This document shows positions 23,809 to 30,715 of a stretch of DNA of 30,715 bases, piece by piece. Where the stretch lies: positions 1 to 30,715 of the IMG/VR virus record IMGVR_UViG_3300033402_000608; one strand, written 5' to 3'. A program made the position numbers and the translations under genes. Numbering within the stretch: the stretch's first letter is position 1; each line of letters opens with the position of its first letter. Source of the stretch: a virus. Its lineage: Duplodnaviria; Caudoviricetes. Below the pieces are notes generated by a model. That model made no database searches, was not told the DNA's origin, and worked only from the letters and a program-made list of their open reading frames with translations.

Positions 23809-25434
23809 TCACCAATTCCACCGCCTGCGCGGCAACCTCTGCGGCCCAAACTGCTTCCGCGCCTCCGCCTCCAGCCTCTGAAACTGGATGGCCCGCGAAG
23901 TCGGGTCTTCCGCGCTCACTTGCCGCGCGATCTGTTCGCCCAGCGGCATACCCGGCATAAATCGCACCTGAGAATAAAGGGGCGGAGCCTGCCCCGCCCC
24001 GGGTCCGCCTCTGGCGGATGCCCCAACACCGGCGTATCTTGCGCCGGGAACTATTCCATACCGCGCCGCGTCCGCCGGATCGTCGCCTTCCACCTTGCGC
24101 ACATCCTCAACGCGCCGGTTGTCCCGCACTAGTTGCGGCAAACACTCGATCAACTTCCCGCAATTCTCCGTGATCACCCAGGCGTCCTGCTCCAGCAATT
24201 GGTACATCAACTGCCATCCGCCAATCCGGTCGTCATCCGCCAGTGACGGACGCGGCAATCCATTCGCTGCCAGCACCTCTCCCAACTGCTCCGCAATCGA
24301 AGCCTCGCTTGTGCGGTGCGCAAACGCATCCGGCGAGAGGTAAATCTCCTGGATCTTTTCGTCCTTGCAACGCTCCGCAATCGCCTGCCCCAGCATCCGC
24401 GGCGAAAGCCCGTTCTGCACGAACTCCCGGTACGTTATGATCCTCGCCGCAGTGTCGCCCCCCGCATCGCTGCCTGGCGCTGGATTTCTGGTCGCTGATC
24501 GCTGATTGCTGATCGCTGTCAAGGGCTCCGCCGCGTGCCAATACACCGCGCTGGGATGCTGGAATCCCCAGTCAATCGAAATCCACCGCGGCCACCACGC
24601 CTGCATCCCAATCTCTTCCGGTCGCGCCGTGTGCCGCCCAATCTCGAAAAGATCGAAGTATTGGCCGGCGAAAAAGTCCCAGTTCCCTTCCAGAAACGCC
24701 TTGCGAAGTTGCTCCGGAAGCGCCTCGAGTGTCTTGCGGTAATTCAGGTCGTTCGCGTAAATCGGATTATCGGCAATCCGCGCGCGTATGAAGTCGTAAT
24801 CTGCCGGATCGTACTGCTCCGGCCGCTCGAATCCCGGCGGCGGCGCCTTGTCCACCCACAGCGCTTTGACCCAGGCATGGCCGATATTGCCGGGGTTCGT
24901 CGCCCCCGCCATGCAAGGGAAGACGCGCTTCCCCGTGTTGTTCCCGCTTGTGTAGTAGCGCACGGGACACCGGTTCCGCGAAGTAAGAAATTGCCATTGC
25001 TTCAACGTGAAGTGCGTCAGCTCATCGACGCCGATGAACATGAACTCCGCGCCCTGGTACTGGTAAACGTCATTCTCATTGCGGCAGTAGCCAAAGCGCG
25101 TCGTCGAGCCGTTCTTCCATGTAACGATGTGCTTCGCTTCGTTGTAGCTGCGGTATAGATTTCGCGGCACATCCCGCCGGAACTGGGCGATCAGCGATCC
25201 TTCGAGTTCCGGAAACGTCCGCCGAAGCAGCAGGGTGTCGCTGCAGGCTACCTCTTGCGCCTGTTTGATCGCCTCCGCCAGCAGCGCCTTCGTCTTTCCG
25301 GGTCCTGCCGCTCCGCCAAACAGGCGGTACTTTGCCCCGGAAGTATGGAATTCCTGCTGCCTCGCAAAGGGCTTGTACCACTCGGTTTCCCTGCTCTCTT
25401 GCCCTTTGCGCGCGCGCGCCATCACTGTGCCCAA
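23809..25434 (-). CDS. terL: Terminase large subunit
   Basis: PFARQQEFH Q-motif, Walker A GGAAGPGKT, Walker B FIGVDE, ATNPG, DNP, nuclease SIDWG, DDPADAARY. Confidence 0.95.
   Translation of the reverse strand: MGTVMARARKGQESRETEWYKPFARQQEFHTSGAKYRLFGGAAGPGKTKALLAEAIKQAQEVACSDTLLLRRTFPELEGSLIAQFRRDVPRNLYRSYNEAKHIVTWKNGSTTRFGYCRNENDVYQYQGAEFMFIGVDELTHFTLKQWQFLTSRNRCPVRYYTSGNNTGKRVFPCMAGATNPGNIGHAWVKALWVDKAPPPGFERPEQYDPADYDFIRARIADNPIYANDLNYRKTLEALPEQLRKAFLEGNWDFFAGQYFDLFEIGRHTARPEEIGMQAWWPRWISIDWGFQHPSAVYWHAAEPLTAISNQRSATRNPAPGSDAGGDTAARIITYREFVQNGLSPRMLGQAIAERCKDEKIQEIYLSPDAFAHRTSEASIAEQLGEVLAANGLPRPSLADDDRIGGWQLMYQLLEQDAWVITENCGKLIECLPQLVRDNRRVEDVRKVEGDDPADAARYGIVPGARYAGVGASARGGPGAGQAPPLYSQVRFMPGMPLGEQIARQVSAEDPTSRAIQFQRLEAEARKQFGPQRLPRRRWNW
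24485..24520. repeat. Heptamer tandem tract (CTGATCG-like), in frame in TerL; similar tracts ~8080-8118, 12510-12545, 21720-21752, 28250-28315
   Basis: GTCGCTGATCGCTGATTGCTGATCGCTG, period 7. Confidence 0.7.
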
Positions 25435-25443
25435 CGTGAATCC

Positions 25444-25608
25444 TTAGGCCCCGCGCAGCTTTTTGCCAACGTAGAACGCCGCGAATCCGCCGATGAGCGC
25501 CGCCGCTGCGCCCCAATGATGCAGGCTCAACACGACCCCGGCCACGACCGCGCCCACTCCCGCGATCTGCGCCACTTCCCCGATAAACACTACTTTTGCG
25601 CTTGCCAT
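25444..25608 (-). CDS. 54-aa two-TM membrane protein (holin-like)
   Basis: Below the ORF-track cutoff; GAGGAGG RBS; MASAKVVFIGEVAQIAGVGAVVAGVVLSLHHWGAAAALIGGFAAFYVGKKLRGA. Confidence 0.65.
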   Translation of the reverse strand: MASAKVVFIGEVAQIAGVGAVVAGVVLSLHHWGAAAALIGGFAAFYVGKKLRGA

Positions 25609-25617
25609 TTTTCCTCC

Positions 25618-25923
25618 TCAGTCTCTAACTGGTCGCGGAATATTCCACTCCGGGGTTTCGCTCTCTTCCGCCGCCCGCTCGGTCTTTTCGTAGGCCATTT
25701 CCAGTCCCTGCTCCAGCAATCGCCCCGACAGTTTTTCGTCGGGCGACCTCAGCAGCAGGTTCATCAACTCCATCACATCAATCTTCCGATTCAGCACCTG
25801 CAGGAATTCCCAGCCGTCCTTGGGTAGCTCCGGCCCGCCCTTCAGATGCATCCTCCGCTCCCAAAGCGCTTCTGTGCTCTCCGGATCTTTCTTTGGGGGA
25901 GTGCCCGTGGATTTCTTAGCCAT
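25618..25923 (-). CDS. Putative terminase small subunit / helical hypothetical protein (ORF is open upstream to 26172)
   Basis: ~101 aa helical protein with GAGGT RBS, two genes upstream of TerL; call rests on position only. Confidence 0.4.
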   Translation of the reverse strand: MAKKSTGTPPKKDPESTEALWERRMHLKGGPELPKDGWEFLQVLNRKIDVMELMNLLLRSPDEKLSGRLLEQGLEMAYEKTERAAEESETPEWNIPRPVRD

Positions 25924-26172
25924 GGAATCAGCCACCTCAGCGTTGGTTTCGCGGCCCGCAGCGGCTGCAGTGGAGGGTGCATCCCCGCCGGCGGTAGCCA
26001 CTCTTCCGTCGTCAGAGGCAGTTGCGCCCAATGGCGACTCGCGCGTCGCCTGGCTTGTTGACGCAGGCACTCCCCCGGCTCGCGGGGCCGGGCCCACCAC
26101 GAGCACAACTCCGGACATCGAACTCTCGTTTTCCCGAAACCCCTTCAGCGTCATGCGAACGGGCAACCCCAC

Positions 26173-26397
26173 TCACGTCCTCCGCCGCGCGCCCCGCTGG
26201 TTGCGGCTCACCTTGTCTGTTTCCAAGGGCGCTTCATCGTTCATTTCGGGCTCGTGAACTGCCGCCCCCAACATCGCTCCAAAGATGGCGTCCCCGTGCC
26301 TCCGGCAAAAGTTTGATCCCGCCTCCGCCCTCTGGACACACGGAATCCAAACCGTTCGCGACCCTGCGATCGGGTAATAGGCCCTGCACTTTTTCAT
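26173..26397 (-). CDS. Small Cys/His (Zn-finger-like) protein
   Basis: 74 aa, C..C..FCRRH. Confidence 0.5.
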   Translation of the reverse strand: MKKCRAYYPIAGSRTVWIPCVQRAEAGSNFCRRHGDAIFGAMLGAAVHEPEMNDEAPLETDKVSRNQRGARRRT

Positions 26398-26711
26398 TGC
26401 GATAGCTTGCCGGGGACCCCGGCACGGAGTGTGTGCCTGGGTCTTGGGTTTGGGTGCCCCAGGTTTGATTTTCTACCTGGGTCTTGGGTTTGCCCTTTCC
26501 TGCTTTGTCATCCCGACCGGAGTGCCGCGCCTTATGCGGCACGCAGTGGAGGGATCGCTGCACAGCCTCCTGTGGCACAGTCACTCCTGACTGTGCTCCT
26601 GGGTTTTTCTATTCTCCTCTGCGAACCTCTGCGTACTCTACGTTAGATCTTCTCGCACCCCTATTCCTCAAAAACTGTGAACTCTCGACTGTGAACTGTT
26701 AACTCTCCCCG

Positions 26712-27434
26712 TTACCGGAACGCCGGCATCGTGAAGCCTAATCTCGCCGCTCTTCCCCTGGGCGCGCTGCCGCCAGTTCCTCCGCCAGCCGGCGCGTTCA
26801 CAAACTCGTCCATCACCACCAACATCCCCAACCCTCGCGCGCCAAAATCATGATTCCACTCAAAATCGTCCCAGCCGAGATTCGGCACGGGCGGCGGTGT
26901 GAACGGCAGCTTCTCCGGCTGCTCGTCTTCCGCCGGAAAGGCCGCAAACCGCGCGAACGCTCGCTGCCAATCGGTCTCGTCCCAGGCCCACCCAGGCACA
27001 ATGGGCGTCAGCCCGGTCTCCGCCTCGCTTGTCGCTTGCGAGAACCATGTCCCCGCAAATCGTTGCCAGTCCACTTCATCAAAGGCCTTTGGCGCTTGCG
27101 GTGGCGTCAGACCCGTATCCGCCTCGGTGGTCGTTTGCGCGAACCACGTCCCCGCAAACCGCTGCCAGTCCACTTCGTCAAATACCGAGGGCGGCCGTCC
27201 CAGCAGGATCCATTGTGCATCGAACTCCGCGTTGGCTTGCAATCCCGCGCGAAATTCAGTCGCCTTGTACCCGCCCAACTCGTCGTAGAAGAATTCCGCT
27301 TCGGCCGGAAGCGGTGGAAGCAGGATTCTCCGCTCCTCCAAATCCAGCAAGCTTGGTGGAATTTGCCGGTTTGCGGGCGCGGGCTGCAGCGTCACGTCGT
27401 TGTACAGCCCCGCAACCCATGTTGTCGTCGCCAC
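26712..27434 (-). CDS. Acidic Trp-rich protein with 33-aa internal repeats
   Basis: FDEVDWQRFAGTWF twice plus two degenerate copies. Confidence 0.65.
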   Translation of the reverse strand: MATTTWVAGLYNDVTLQPAPANRQIPPSLLDLEERRILLPPLPAEAEFFYDELGGYKATEFRAGLQANAEFDAQWILLGRPPSVFDEVDWQRFAGTWFAQTTTEADTGLTPPQAPKAFDEVDWQRFAGTWFSQATSEAETGLTPIVPGWAWDETDWQRAFARFAAFPAEDEQPEKLPFTPPPVPNLGWDDFEWNHDFGARGLGMLVVMDEFVNAPAGGGTGGSAPRGRAARLGFTMPAFR

Positions 27435-27437
27435 GCG

Positions 27438-27926
27438 CTACTCGCTGAAAATGATCTTGAAGTTCACCGGGACGGATGTCCCCGTCGACTGGCTATCCAG
27501 CACCACCAGTCCATTCACGCCGGTGTTCGCGCCGGAAATGCCGATGGCCTCGTCCACGGTGAACGCCGCCCACAACCCCGTTCCGCGCTGATTGAACGCC
27601 AGCTGGATCGCCGGCACTGCGCTCAGCGCCCCAGTTCCCAACGATGGTTGCGTGGACGCCAGCGATGCCGCGGCCGGTGCATCGGGCACCAATTGCGCCG
27701 GTGTCACCGACGTTCCCGAGGCATACGTCCCGAGCGATGTCAGCCGGTGCAAGCGCAGGCGAATCGCATTGTCGGCGGGCGTTGCGTACGACCCTGCCTG
27801 CAGCTTCTGCACATACGCGCGCAATCCCGCGTTGGCGCTGGCCGTCTTCAAATCCGCCAGCAGCGTATCCGTGTTCGCCGTGGCGTTGCTATTCTGTTGC
27901 GAAGAAACCGCGTAATAAAATGGCAC
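27438..27926 (-). CDS. Beta-rich putative virion protein
   Basis: 162 aa Ala/Thr/Ser-rich, GGAGAG RBS, GTG start. Confidence 0.65.
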   Translation of the reverse strand: MPFYYAVSSQQNSNATANTDTLLADLKTASANAGLRAYVQKLQAGSYATPADNAIRLRLHRLTSLGTYASGTSVTPAQLVPDAPAAASLASTQPSLGTGALSAVPAIQLAFNQRGTGLWAAFTVDEAIGISGANTGVNGLVVLDSQSTGTSVPVNFKIIFSE

Positions 27927-27927
27927 G

Positions 27928-28152
27928 TCAACTCTCCTTTGTTCGCTTCAATTCCAATTCAGGCAACGGCATGCGTCCATATCTCTCATCGCATCCGTCG
28001 CACACCACAATCACTTCCGCCGGGGCCACGTGCGCGTAGCTTTCCATGCTCACCCAGCCATACGGCCGTCCGCAGATCGTGCAATAGGCCCGCTCCAGCG
28101 CCAGCGTCGGGTGCGTCACCCTCCCCGCATATCCCTTCAACCTCGAATCCAT
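27928..28152 (-). CDS. Small Zn-finger protein
   Basis: 74 aa, CTICG...CDGC. Confidence 0.6.
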   Translation of the reverse strand: MDSRLKGYAGRVTHPTLALERAYCTICGRPYGWVSMESYAHVAPAEVIVVCDGCDERYGRMPLPELELKRTKES

Positions 28153-28333
28153 CGCACCCGTCGTCTCTCCGCTCTTTCGGCGGCCCTCTTCTCCGTGTTC
28201 TCTGCGCACTCCGTGAAGTCTGTGTAAGCCTCTATTCTTGTCTTACTTTCCCGATCGCTGGCCGCTGGTCGAGGCTCGCTTCCTGCTCTCTGATAACTGA
28301 TCTCTGATACCCGCCATTCTCATCACAGTCCGC

Positions 28334-28621
28334 TCACTTCCGCCGGAAATACTCCCACGCCAACGCAAAATCCAACTCGCTTCTCTTCGGCGCCTCGCCC
28401 TTCCAACTCGCAAAAAACCGCTCCCGGGCTTCTTCCATCCTCCGGTCTCCATCGGGAATCTGCCCGCACCGGGGACAAAACGTCACGCAGTCCTGCGCCG
28501 TCGCTGCTTGTTGCAACGTGTCATGCCGCAGGACTTCCTCGACCGCGCGCGCCGCTTTCTCCCACACGTGCGTCTGCCGCATCCGCCAGAAGCGCCAACA
28601 GAATCGCATCCATTCACGCAC
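28334..28621 (-). CDS. Small hypothetical protein with CPRCG motif
   Basis: Co-oriented, GGGAG RBS overlapping the end of the upstream gene; start uncertain. Confidence 0.55.
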   Translation of the reverse strand: MREWMRFCWRFWRMRQTHVWEKAARAVEEVLRHDTLQQAATAQDCVTFCPRCGQIPDGDRRMEEARERFFASWKGEAPKRSELDFALAWEYFRRK

Positions 28622-28622
28622 G

Positions 28623-28934
28623 TCACACTCCCTGAGCGTCAATCTGGCTGATGAACAGCACGCCCGTCCCGCTGCTGACAATGGCGGCCAGCGTCGTGTT
28701 GGTATCATCCGTGTAATGCAGGTAATCCAGCTTGGCCGCTGCCGGGTGACTGTTCAACGTGGCCGTCACCCCCGTTGGCCCGAACTGGAAGAACAGATCC
28801 ACGCTCCCCCACAACCGGTAGTGCTGGTTCTGATTCAACTGTATCGAAGCGCTCGTCACGCCCACGTTCAGCACCAGGGGCGTGTTCAAATACCGCCCGA
28901 TCTGAATGGCCCGGCCCTGTGAATCGCTCCGCAT
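28623..28934 (-). CDS. Small beta-sandwich putative virion protein
   Basis: 103 aa, alternating hydrophobic strands, 3 nt after the upstream stop. Confidence 0.65.
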   Translation of the reverse strand: MRSDSQGRAIQIGRYLNTPLVLNVGVTSASIQLNQNQHYRLWGSVDLFFQFGPTGVTATLNSHPAAAKLDYLHYTDDTNTTLAAIVSSGTGVLFISQIDAQGV

Positions 28935-28937
28935 CGC

Positions 28938-29312
28938 CTAAACCAGGATCTTCGCCGTCAGTCCGCTCCCGCCCGTCGAGGAGTACAGCTTGATCCTCAG
29001 GAATTTCGCCTGCACTCCCGTCACCTGGCGCCCTTCGCCCGCCGTATTTGTAGAAGTGTCAAGGTCCATGTACTCCGCATCCACATCCGCCATGGCTCCT
29101 TGCAGACGTATATTGACGGCCGAGGGTGCGCTTCCATAAATCGTCTGCCACCGCACCGCGAATCCTGTCTCTGGCGCATACCCTCCCGGCGTGCTCAACG
29201 CAAACTGTGACCCAGAGGTGGTCGCCCCGGGAAACGCTTCATTGTTCCAGCTATATCCCACGTCGCCTGGATACAGCGCACTCGGCGGCGTCGCATTCTG
29301 ATAGGTTGGCAT
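28938..29312 (-). CDS. First gene of the cluster; jelly-roll-like putative virion protein
   Basis: 124 aa, GAGGAGAG RBS; VNIRLQGA..YMDLDT..AKFLRIK pattern typical of small phage beta-sandwich proteins. Confidence 0.7.
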   Translation of the reverse strand: MPTYQNATPPSALYPGDVGYSWNNEAFPGATTSGSQFALSTPGGYAPETGFAVRWQTIYGSAPSAVNIRLQGAMADVDAEYMDLDTSTNTAGEGRQVTGVQAKFLRIKLYSSTGGSGLTAKILV

Positions 29313-29435
29313 ATTCTCTCCTCAGGCACACCTCTCCGCGTGCCACAAACTGTTCTCAATTTCCTGTCGATTCGTTTTGCTAAGGGGAAGGCCGGGGTCG
29401 GCTTTTAGGCCTACGCCACTCCTGCGCGGCGCCCC

Positions 29436-29468
29436 AAAAAACAAAAAGCCCCGGAACGCGTCCAGGGC
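29436..29468 (-). terminator. Leader terminator directly after the cluster promoter
   Basis: Minus strand GCCCTGGA-CGCGT-TCCGGGGC-TTTTTGTTTTTT. Confidence 0.75.
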
Positions 29469-29491
29469 AGTTACACTTCTCTACGCTCCAT

Positions 29492-29519
29492 AGTTTACCA
29501 TATTTCACTAACTTGTCAA
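29492..29519 (-). promoter_or_regulatory. Sigma70 promoter heading the morphogenesis operon
   Basis: Minus strand TTGACA-N16-TAAACT with TGn extension. Confidence 0.7.
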
Positions 29520-29843
29520 GAGAAATCTTCATCACCCATAAAAATATTTTCTACCTGCAGGATATTTTGGAGTGCCCCGGCCTGTGTCCGCCTTTTTTCG
29601 GCCGTTAATCGGTTAACCAACATGCTGACGCCTCTCACTCCATAAATTCCCTAGGGCATTTAGCAATATCGTTATTCTTGTTTCCCGCGTCACAACCAGT
29701 TCGCTTTCCCCGGGATCTGGTTTCCAAATTCAATGCCCAGAATTAATTCTTGCTCACATCTGTTCTTTCGTCTTGACACGCGCGTCACAGCGGCGCAGGG
29801 TTACATCCCCAGGCCTTTCGCCCTCTTCCAGAAAGAGACCACC

Positions 29844-30200
29844 ATGTCCCGCTATTGTCTCCAGATAAGTTTTACCAATCAGGCTTGGAGTCAGTTGCCT
29901 CACAGTCCGCAGGACCGTGCGGCGGTGGTTCAAGCTCCCATTGAGAAGCTTGGCGGCTCCATCCATGCCACCTTTTTCACCACCGGCCGCTTCGACCTCC
30001 TTGCCATCGCCGAATTCCCGGAGCACATCACGCCTGCGGAGATTTCCGTTGCTTTCGCCCACGGTGGTGCCGTCGCCTCCATCAACACCTCGCCGCTCCT
30101 CACCTTCGCGCAAGCCGTCGAAGCCCGCAACAAGGCACTTGCCGCCGCTTCCTGCACCATTCGCACGCAACGCCATCTGGTCGCCGTCGCCGGCAGCTAA
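29844..30200 (+). CDS. GYD domain protein (host gene)
   Basis: YCLQISFT..W..PQDRAAVV..IEKLGG..FFTTGRFDLLAIAEFP..T.PLLT. Confidence 0.85.
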   Translation: MSRYCLQISFTNQAWSQLPHSPQDRAAVVQAPIEKLGGSIHATFFTTGRFDLLAIAEFPEHITPAEISVAFAHGGAVASINTSPLLTFAQAVEARNKALAAASCTIRTQRHLVAVAGS

Positions 30201-30546
30201 TTTGGAGTGCGGCTTGCCCTAAGCCACGAAGGGCGGATCGTTTACCCTGAGCGGCGAAGGGCCGCCGCTTTTACGGTTGCCCGCGCGCCACCAATCTCCT
30301 ATTCCTCTCCCACCCCCGCCCACGGATGCTCCGGCTCAGACTTCAGACCTGAGTTTTTTCTCGCATTACTCTTCTACCGTAGATCTATCATCCCGAGCGG
30401 AGTGGCCCGACGTTTTTTCTTCGCACCGTTTTTGGGCGCGTCGGGTCACGTAGTCGAGGGATCCCTCTTCGATTTCAGCCTTCCCTTTCACTCCATGTAG
30501 ATTTGGCCTGCGGCGGCTTGCCGTCAACCTCTGCTAAACTCTTTTT

Positions 30547-30715
30547 GTGTCTCTTACGAATGTAGCCCCCCGCATCGCGAATCTGCGCCTCCATCCCATC
30601 AAATCACTCGACCCCATCACCGTCAGCGAGGCGCGCATCGGTCCTTCCGGCGGCCTAGCGCTCGACCGCGCCTGGGCGCTCTATTCCGTGGATGGACGCT
30701 GGGTCAATGGCAAGC
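30547..30715 (+). CDS. MOSC N-terminal beta-barrel protein, partial (host gene)
   Basis: Not in ORF track; PRIANLRLHPIKSLDP..GGLALDRAWAL..DGRWVNGK; TAAACT box 7 nt before GTG. Confidence 0.8.
   Translation, partial: MSLTNVAPRIANLRLHPIKSLDPITVSEARIGPSGGLALDRAWALYSVDGRWVNGK

Larger units (their letters stand above)
1..29520 (-). mobile_element. Prophage-derived / GTA-like podovirus-type morphogenesis cluster (left end outside window)
   Basis: Co-oriented TerL-portal-scaffold-capsid-adaptor-tailspike-nozzle-GNAT-SLT gene order; no tape measure, sheath or tube gene seen; host genes start right after ~29.8 kb. Confidence 0.85.

Noticed and set aside
16569-26605. Family B palindromes as CRISPR repeats
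   Set aside because: Copies are kilobases apart with no regular spacers and no cas genes
26850-28307. Long plus-strand ORFs (485 aa here; also 4294-5031, 5047-5892, 17386-18234, 20292-21174, 21187-22029)
   Set aside because: Arg/Pro-rich shadow frames antisense to well-supported genes in high-GC DNA

Overview
GC-rich bacterial chromosome segment. An Acidobacteriota-like host is my impression from the gene set and repeats and is not verified. About 29.3 kb (1..29312, minus strand, continuing past the left edge) is a single co-oriented, podovirus-type virion morphogenesis cluster. It runs: small structural/Zn-finger genes, putative TerS, TerL, portal, scaffold, major capsid, holin-like gene, adaptor, tailspike/fibre, nozzle, GNAT-like protein, lytic transglycosylase and a putative ejection protein. 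At its right end it abuts host genes (GYD, MOSC) with no integrase, repressor or replication gene in view. It starts at a sigma70 promoter followed immediately by a terminator. Highlights: (1) The portal carries a C-terminal HExxH metallopeptidase-like domain, followed by an exported immunity-like gene and then a duplicate of the portal 'RAHAEAHLRAM' anchor with a short alternative tail, which is polymorphic-toxin architecture. (2) An 8/4 allo-tRNA-like gene has a Ser-type body but a Glu (CUC) anticodon. It is followed by a separately promoted ~70-nt sRNA whose first 19 nt are complementary to its anticodon arm, a candidate tRNA-toxin/anti-tRNA pair. (3) A second atypical tRNA has a Ser anticodon but no long variable arm. 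(4) Host REP-like palindromes and heptamer repeats are inserted in frame in portal, scaffold and TerL. (5) Plus-strand inserts include a MazEF-type pair and an IS1-family remnant carrying a Clp-fold protease. All family calls are by eye from motifs and synteny; no searches were run.
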